This document shows positions 49,364 to 57,158 of a DNA stretch of 57,158 bases, in pieces. Origin of the DNA: Hyphochytrium catenoides. Taxonomy: Eukaryota > Protista > Hyphochytriomycota. Position 1 is the stretch's first letter. Every line of letters starts with the position of its first letter. Both the position numbers and the translations under genes were made by a program. The notes under the pieces are model-generated. The model ran no database searches and was not told where the DNA came from. It worked only from the letters and a program-made list of their open reading frames with translations. The DNA lies in NCBI GenBank assembly GCA_900088475.1, contig FLMG01000131.1, forward strand, positions 1-57,158. Reading direction: 5' to 3'.

Positions 49364-49823
49364 AGGCTCCAAACCCTAAGGTTGCAGCACCAAAGAGAGG
49401 AACAGTGCCGTTAACTATGGACTTAAAGCTCGTGGCTGGCAACCTCATGTCCGTGTCCCTTGACTGGTCAAGGACTGCTCTCTCTCTCTCACGGAGAACA
49501 AAGGGCTGCTTAACAGGGCCACGCTTTTACCTATCCAGCACATACTTCCATCACTGCAAGCTCGACGTCTTTTGCATGTTGTTTGCCTTCATTTCTTGCA
49601 TTAATGAACTGAACATTTATTTGAACGCTCTGTCTCTTCTTAGCCAATGCCTTGAACTCTCTGCCGGAAGGCAGGTACTGCCATTGTGGAGAGGGAGGTA
49701 GCTTGAGTCCATAATTTATCTTTATCTATAAGCAATAGTTTATCTATTAGCAATATTTTAAAGAGACAGGTTTCTAGAGATACAGAGGGAACATGGCTTA
49801 TGCCGGGGCCTTGCCATGCCCAG

Positions 49824-52800
49824 CTACTTTCGCCTCTTGCGACCAGCAACTCCTCGTCTCTTCCCTCTTCCTCCGCCTTCCTCCTCGCTGTAGCTTTCCT
49901 CGCTTTCAAAGCTGTCATCGTCTTCGGGCTCCGCATAGCTCCTTGTGCGCTTCCCAGATCTTGCAGGACGACTGTAGGATTGCACTTGAGCTGCATCTTC
50001 TTCGCTGTCAGAGTCTTGGATGGTCCGGGAAGCTACCCTTCTGAGACGAGTTCGGGTCAGATACCAACTTCTCAACGGGGAATGAAACCGAATGGGTGGA
50101 TGGGGGAGAGTGCAGGGAGAGAGAGCGAGGATCGACGATGAACTATGGGATAGGAAGGGAAGCAATAGAGATGCAGTGGACACGGACTTNNNNNNNNNNN
50201 NNNNNNNNNNNNNNNNNNNNNNNNNNNNNNNNNNNNNNNNNNNNNNNNNNNNNNTTCCATGTCATCTAAAGAGGGCGATACGCTGCTAGACGTGGTCGAA
50301 CTTGATGATGATGAGCTTGAGGACGCAGTCGGGGTCGATGAAGTTGCTTCAGAGGCAGGCTCTGTTGGTTGCCCTCCGGTTCTAAGACGCTTCTTGGACT
50401 GACTTACGGCCAGGTTTCCGTCCAAAATGCTAAAGATGACGCGGCGTCAGCACTAAGACAGAGTAGAGCTTTTCCCTATCTATCTTTCAGGAGATGTGAA
50501 CCTTTTCGTCTGCCGCTGTGAATTTGAACTCGTATCTCTCTTCCCTACGTCTCTGATCTTACCTGTCATCGGTCTCCACCACGGGTGCCTTTTGTTTTAA
50601 GTTCCTCTTAGGCGCTGGAAATCCTACTCGGCTGCTACTGGTGTTGGCTGCAGTACTCCCAGGAGCCCCTCGACTATTGCTTGACATTCTTTGCCTGTTC
50701 CTGCCAGTGGCTGGGGTTCTATTGTTGCTTGATCCTACCATATTCGAGCCACTGATAGTAGCGGAACCACCAGATGGCGGAGCAGGAACTGGAGGGAGGT
50801 GATCCTCAGTTTCATAAGATGGAGTATGTGAACTCAAGCATATAACAGCCACTTACGTCTGAGCTGAGGTCTCACGGAACGAATGATAGAGGTAACAGCG
50901 TCGTAGATAACGCGAGAGCGTCGGACGATATCGCTGCCTGGCTGGTTAAACTTCTCACAGTTCAGATGCATAAGGACCGCGTCATGAACGATAGCTTCCA
51001 CCTGAAGTACGGAAGAGATTGGAAATTTGTCAGACACAGCAAGGAAAACACAAGTAGGGAATCTTCGTTACAAGGAAAGCTAAGCACTAGAACCCGAAGG
51101 GAGCTGTCAGAGAAAAAGACAAGGAAAGCTGCACCAAGAGTCCATAGGGCACTGCGGACACTAGGCCAAGCTTTTCCCATCCTTTCCTTTCTCACAAGAA
51201 AGGAGATCTCTGGGCGATGCCTACTTCAATGAAGCTCTCTAACCTGTCTATAGTAGTTGCTCTCCACACGTTGAATGATGGAAGACAGATCAATGGGGAC
51301 CGCGACCACAATATGATAGCCCGCCACATCTTGCGGCACAGGCTCCCGGAACTGTTCGGCCTCGGGGGTGTTATATAGATCCGTGAGGGCGCTGAGGACA
51401 TGCGTCTTGTCTGCATGGAAAGAATTAGTAATCTGTCTAGTAGAAGGGGACAGCTAAGACGAAGATGCGCTAGATAGCAAGCGGAAGGAGGCCTTTATGA
51501 TGAGAGCTGAGCTTTACCTTCACCGACCAGACCGTGCTCTAGGGCGTGCGTAGTCTCCATCAGCTCCAGTTCCTTCTTGTATCTGCTGTTTTCTTCAGGA
51601 GCATCAGGCTCTATCTCCCAAGGACTCACCCTCTCAGATGTGATGCCATTTAGAGGATTCTCCCAGGCAACCTCCACGGACTCCCAATGTGACTGTCCCC
51701 AGCTCTCAGGGTCAGTCAAAGAGTAGGACGAAATGACTCCTAGGAACTCTTCCTGTGGAGAATCAGGTGTGCTGCCGGCATAAATGACGCGGACCCTGTA
51801 GCCTTCTTGCCACTTCCAGCTGTGGAGAAAGCGGGGCCACCGTTAGAATGCTCTACACTCCCTTATACTTCCTGTCCTTTAGTCTAAACGCTCACAAATG
51901 TTCTTGAACCAGTCTCTCTCTCAGTTGATGGCCGAACGGCTTAGTCCTCTAGGTCTTGGGTGCCAAGCTGGTGCGTACCTTAGTGATGTCATAAAACGAG
52001 GCTCGGGTACAAGATAATCGGGCTGATTGCACCTCCTAAAGCTCACGTCGAACTTGATAGTCCTCTGAGAGGAAGATGCCGGATAGGAATCAAAGGACAC
52101 TGAGTCAGCTGCTGCTTTTGGTACACCTGCGGGAGATAGTTAGCTCCGACGGAGACAGCTAAGCCGCTTTCCGCTCACGGCCTACCGCAAACTTCTAAGG
52201 AGAGCACGAGTACGACAGAGTCCGACTCCTCATATTCCTGAGTGGTAGGGAAAGTGTATCTGACGGAGCCAACGCGACACCTGGAAGAAATAGGAGCGCG
52301 CCGAAGCAGAGACAACATAGAGAGCGGTCAGTATGGCAACAAGGACACAAAGCGGGACGGAAGAGAAGAAAGAGACAAAACACTAAGGGTGGACTGAATG
52401 TGAAAGAGGAGGGGGTATACGAAGATCTAGACGTGACATTTCGAGCGGACACACCTTACGGCGCCCCATTTGGCTCCAGCAGGAAAGTTGAGCCAAGGAG
52501 GGCTCGATCTGCTTGGGAAGTGTCTCAGGTAGTTCTGATGGCCATGTGGAATATAGACCACAATGTCACCAACCTAATGAGGGTTTTGAGAGGGAAGTGG
52601 TCGCCGAAGAAGAGGGTTGAAGTCAAACAGAGCACTTTTGGCAAGTAACACTCTTCGCTGCACTCACTTGCGGGGTATACTGGTAGGAGGAGGCAGGTCT
52701 GGTGATAGTAACCCAGCTTCTGCTGTATTGCTTGCCAAAACGCAACTCAGGGGCTTCTTCCTCAGCATCAGCTGCGGATGCTCTGTCGAATTAATTGCAT

Positions 52801-55800
52801 TCGCGGGTTAAGGTTTTGAATGAAGCTTCTTTTCTGCCATTGCTTCAACGTTCCTCCTCTCCATCTGTTCCTATCCCCGGTCGCACATACTCAATCTTCA
52901 TTACCAGTTGTCGTCAGCTACTTTTCACCTCTCCCTATACACTCCATCCTCCAGGGACAACTTACTTCGCTTTTTTGGGTTTCACGGTCTTCGGTTTATG
53001 CTTCGGGCAATAGAAGTTTGTTTCGTGATCAGTAAGTCCAATAGCACTCGCACAAGGATAATGGTAGCTAGCCTTGCATTCCTGGAAGAGACAAAAGGGA
53101 TGTCGCCTATAATTAGCAACTGAGCAAACGGTGCGAAAGTCCACAGTTGGATAATACAAGCAGAACCATCACAGACAAAGATACATCCTCCTTGCAAGCT
53201 ACTGACAGGAACGAAGCATCCGATTGTTGCTCCCTTTTGTCTGCAAGACTGGCACTCGAGCTGCCGCCCTCTCCGAACTTCCTTGGCGACGTTGTACCAC
53301 CGTCCTGTCTCGTTGCTGCGGAGGAGGGAGGGAAGGCGAAACTTAGTAAGGCAATTGGGGCTTTTCATTTACTTCAAACCACCCAATCACTCACCTCTTA
53401 AAGGCCTGAGGAGAACAAATTGCGCAGAGATCGTGCACCCAAGACCGCTCTCTTGTCTTGAAAGAAGGCACTCGTAAGCCGCTTTGTTGGCTTAAGGGTT
53501 CGGACACTGAGAATCTATAGCTCACCTTGCCAGAGGACGTGAAGAGCGGATGAGGGCCCAGAGCGGTGCCAGGAAGTCTGAGCATGCCATTATCATTCCC
53601 TTTGTGGCACAGAGCACAGACTAGAGGAGGCAAATCTCCTGAGGCCAAACTGGCCTCTAAGAACTTGACTTCGCCATCCACGCACACAACGTTCGAATCA
53701 AACACGTCTTCTGTTTGGTCAAAGTGTGCTCCTGTCCGCCGCCTTTTGCGTTCGGTAAGAGTGAGGAGGAGGAGCGAGACAATAAGATGATCGTCCCACG
53801 GGCCGCGTAAAGATAATCCTCTTTTACCTAGAGTCTCCATCCAATTCAATCGGAGTTGCGGGGCCCATTGATCGCAGAGAATGCCCTACGGGTGCTTTGC
53901 TCTTAGATGATCTTGATTTGGATCGTCGTCTGGTTCTATAGCGCCTAGAGTTTCTGGTCCGAATGCCTAAAAGTGACCAGTGGTTGGAACCTTGCGTGCT
54001 GTATCAATCTGAAAGAGTAGTTGTAATGACCAACCTTCTTCCGCGTCTTTGTCTTCCCCTTCATCCATATCTTCTACCTCTTCCACCGAATCAGAGTCAC
54101 TGCTGCTCGGAAAGATCCAGCCAGGAACAGCTCAAAGATTAGTGACCCTCGAGATCTCATGGGCAAGCTAAATGGAGAAAACAGTTCGAAAGTACCTTGA
54201 CCATGACCGAGGTACCATGCAATGTGACGAGGAAGAAGTAGTATCTCAAGATAGATAGATGAAGAAGGTGGAGAAGACACGCACCTTTCATAATCGGAGT
54301 CGTCGCTGAAGGACGAATCTTCGTCTTGAGGATCGTCGTCATCCTCCACGGCCGGTGGACTTGGAGATGGTGTAGGAAGCCTTTGAACGGTCATGATGTT
54401 GCTGGGAAGCACTACCGCGGGAACACTGTGTCTTGCTTCTGCCTGGTTCTCTCGGTGGGCCAAAGAGGAAGATGGAGGCTGACCAGGTGCCGTGCTGGGC
54501 TGCGTAGGAGAGACAGCCTGACTGGGAGCAGGAGTGCTTGGGCTGTCCGAATCCTCTTCCTCAACCGAAGCGACTCCCAGAAGTCTCATCTCTGTCTCAT
54601 TGGCTTGACGAAGTCGGGCCTGCCAAGGATGGTGAAAACAGGGACTAATGAGTCTGATTCAAGGTTTGTACTGCGCGGAGGACAATGTTATCACCTCATA
54701 GAGAGCAGCCGCCTCCTCAGCGGACAGCGGCCGGGCTCCAGCTCTTGCCGGGGGTTGGTACTCATATGCTTGACCCATAATATCGATAAGGGGTCCCCGA
54801 TTCATGAGGTGTGGCGGTAACTGCAGACACAGGAACAGTCACAATATGGACGCTTTAGGCAGAGTGGCATGCATGCCTCAAGATTATTAAGACTAAGGTG
54901 CTGAGTGCTAGGGGTAGAGGTGCTTAGACGGCGTTTCAAAGCTACCTGTGTGTTGCCATCCAAGACATTCATGTTCCTGTCCATGACGATGAGTTGATAG
55001 TCTGAGGCGAAGTATTGCTCGACAGGCGCCGCCCGATACTGCTCCCCTCCGCCGGTAGAGAATATTAGGAGCCTATTAGAGAGAAGCAGTAGCAGCATAG
55101 TCCTTTTAAAAAATATTTCCATGAATCAGCACCGCACAGATACTGAAAAGTCCACCCCGGGAAAGCTACCAATGGTCAACATTTGTGTCAGTCAGTGACT
55201 AGACGAACCTTCCAATGCAGTCAGTGAGCACAAACGTCGAGCCGTCTGGAGAGAAAGATCCGTCTAAGAAAGCCTTGCTCAGAACGGGTTCCGGGGGAGG
55301 AAGGTTCTCGAAGCGCTTAATCATGACGCCTGCGTAGATCATTCAGTTAGTTCTGCTTGGTTTGAGATGAGTCTCGGAACTCGTTCAACGTGGCGTACAC
55401 TCCCGGTCAAAAGGCAGAGCAGCAAAAAGTCGATGGGGAAGAGAGGTCGTCGACAAGACAATAACACTTTTTGTCTTACCTCTTTCGATGTCCCACAGAA
55501 AGCATCGACCGTCGTATCCAGCCGTCATCAATATTCTCCAGTCGCTGGGGTGCGCTGCCATGACAAACGCCTGTTTGACGTGCCCATTGAGCTTCTGCGT
55601 GTCTGTAGCTTGCAGTGTGTGTATCAGTCTCCCATTCTTTGGATTCCATATCTTGATGCTTTGATTCCAGTCCGCATGCTCATCCGTTGTCAGCGTTCGA
55701 GGAGGCGGAAAGCACTGCATGACCCATGGTAACGATAAAGAACCAGTTAGGGAACTATAAAGGCAAGATGAGTGCTCAGAAGAGTCATTGGCTGCGCTAC

Positions 55801-57158
55801 GTTTGGAGGGACAAGAGAAAAGAAGAGACTTCTCCTGGTGTGCGTGTTGTTTAAATGGTACCTGATGTGTTGCTAGTCTTCTATCGTCGTTCGTCCAAAG
55901 TACCATATCTACAGATGGAGAAACCTTCTGATGTCCTCTGGGTCCTGAGCCCAAGCTCCTGCCCATAGATCCGGTATTGCCCAGCGCGATTTTGAGCACA
56001 TGATTATTAATCTGTGCAAAGTTCTTCTTCCAGAACCAAATCCGGGCAGTGCCATCCTTCATACTGCCAGTGGCAATGCGGTCGCCCGCGTTACTGAAAA
56101 ATATATTTGTAATGCCGCTGGTGTGGCCAGACAGCTTCCCAACCAGCCGCGTCAGTCCTGTGTCCTCCTCCGCCATTCCTGGTGCTGTACTAGCGTCCGG
56201 TAGCAATGACTCTGAGCGATTAGTCAATGGCGTGGATGGCGAGGTTTTCCATATTCGTCCCACACCATCCTCTGATCCTGTTGCCAAATAGTCTCCCCGA
56301 GGGCTGACAGTGGGATCAAGTTAGAGAAAAGAACGAACGTCCATCTCCGAAGGTAGGACATACCTGAAGGACACGCACATCACTTTGGTTTTCTTATTGG
56401 TCTGTGTATTTGTGTGTGGAAGAATCAGACTCTGTGCTCGACGCGGGTTGGCGTCCAAAACCGTGGCACTTTCCCCAGACGAGTGCCCTTGGAGGTACCA
56501 GATTCGACAGGACCCGTCGTCTGACACTGAAGCGATATTCCCAAAGACCGGATCAAACTTTACGTAGTTCACGACCCTGGAAAAGCCCTAATGATGCTCT
56601 AGTTACACCTGACAAAAAATAGTGAAAGTGCTTACGCTGTATGTCCTGTAAGGACAGCCACGGGAAAACCGTTACTTAGATCCCACACCCGAATAATCTT
56701 ATCGTCAGAGCACGTGGCGAGCAGAGTGTTATCGCTGTTGACCGCGAGATCAGTAATATTGCCTTGGTGTCCTCGAAGAGTGAGCAGCAGATCGCCAGTC
56801 CGTGCAGACCAAATCTTGACGAGCCTGTATTAGCCGCCGGGGTCAGAGCCTGCATTAATTGTCTTTCCCGTGTTCATGGGGAGCTGCTTGCCAAGAAAAA
56901 TGGATCCCACACAATCCTCATTCTACTCTTCTGCGATTCATCAACTCTACGTAAGTTCAATAGTTCCATGTCCTACTTCTTCCAATGCCTCCAATAGCAC
57001 ACCCTACGGCTCACCGATCGTCAGCTCCCGTTACAACGACCTGCCCTCGCTGGTCAAAGGTACAGCAGTACGCTGACATGTGATAGTGCCCGCTCAGCAG
57101 TTTCAGACGGCGAAACCGTGAGTAGAGATGGGCCGGGGGTGACGAAGACCGGGGTATT
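49824..57158 (-). CDS. BRWD/PHIP-like WD40 + extended PHD + Tudor-like + bromodomain protein; 5' end lies beyond the window
   Basis: WD40 repeats ([75 protein letters not shown]). BRWD hallmark [19 protein letters not shown]. ePHD (CALC..WVHDLCA..CQSC..GATIGC..C..SYHYPCA..YCPKH). Tudor-like YTPQ / PDYLV / [10 protein letters not shown]. Bromodomain (FREPVP..Y..V..PIDL..I..R....YYR|..D..L...NCEKFN.PGS.I). The 3' exon structure spans an N-gap, so the end is approximate. Confidence 0.88.

Overview
Eukaryotic, intron-rich nuclear DNA read with the standard code and GT-AG introns. It has abundant (GA)n/(CT)n tracts and five N-gaps. A Sig1/Ocm/Mas-type EGF protein suggests a stramenopile, though this is inference. 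Twelve protein genes were reconstructed by hand-splicing: a CBS-domain protein, a triple-PH protein, a secreted 8-EGF mastigoneme-like protein, a Ki-67-like FHA/repeat protein, a PH-CaaX protein, RPL37A/eL43, a divergent PRPP synthetase, a zinc-ribbon/BRI3 protein, an SDR reductase, a Cys/Met PLP enzyme, a stomatin/SPFH protein and a 5'-truncated BRWD/PHIP-like WD40-ePHD-bromodomain protein. The strongest candidate for an undescribed system is the gene at 17535-23710 (-). It has an FHA domain strikingly like the Ki-67 N-terminus, about 23 tandem 25-29 aa repeats mostly centred on a CDK-type S/T-P motif, acidic blocks with a second repeat type, a basic tail, and CHR/MYB-like motifs upstream. 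Also notable are a fold-back (inverted) duplication of a dead DDE transposase downstream of the stomatin gene, six phase-1 introns at homologous positions in the duplicated EGF protein, and decayed gene-like sequence in most intergenic intervals. All family assignments come from motif recognition; no database search was run.
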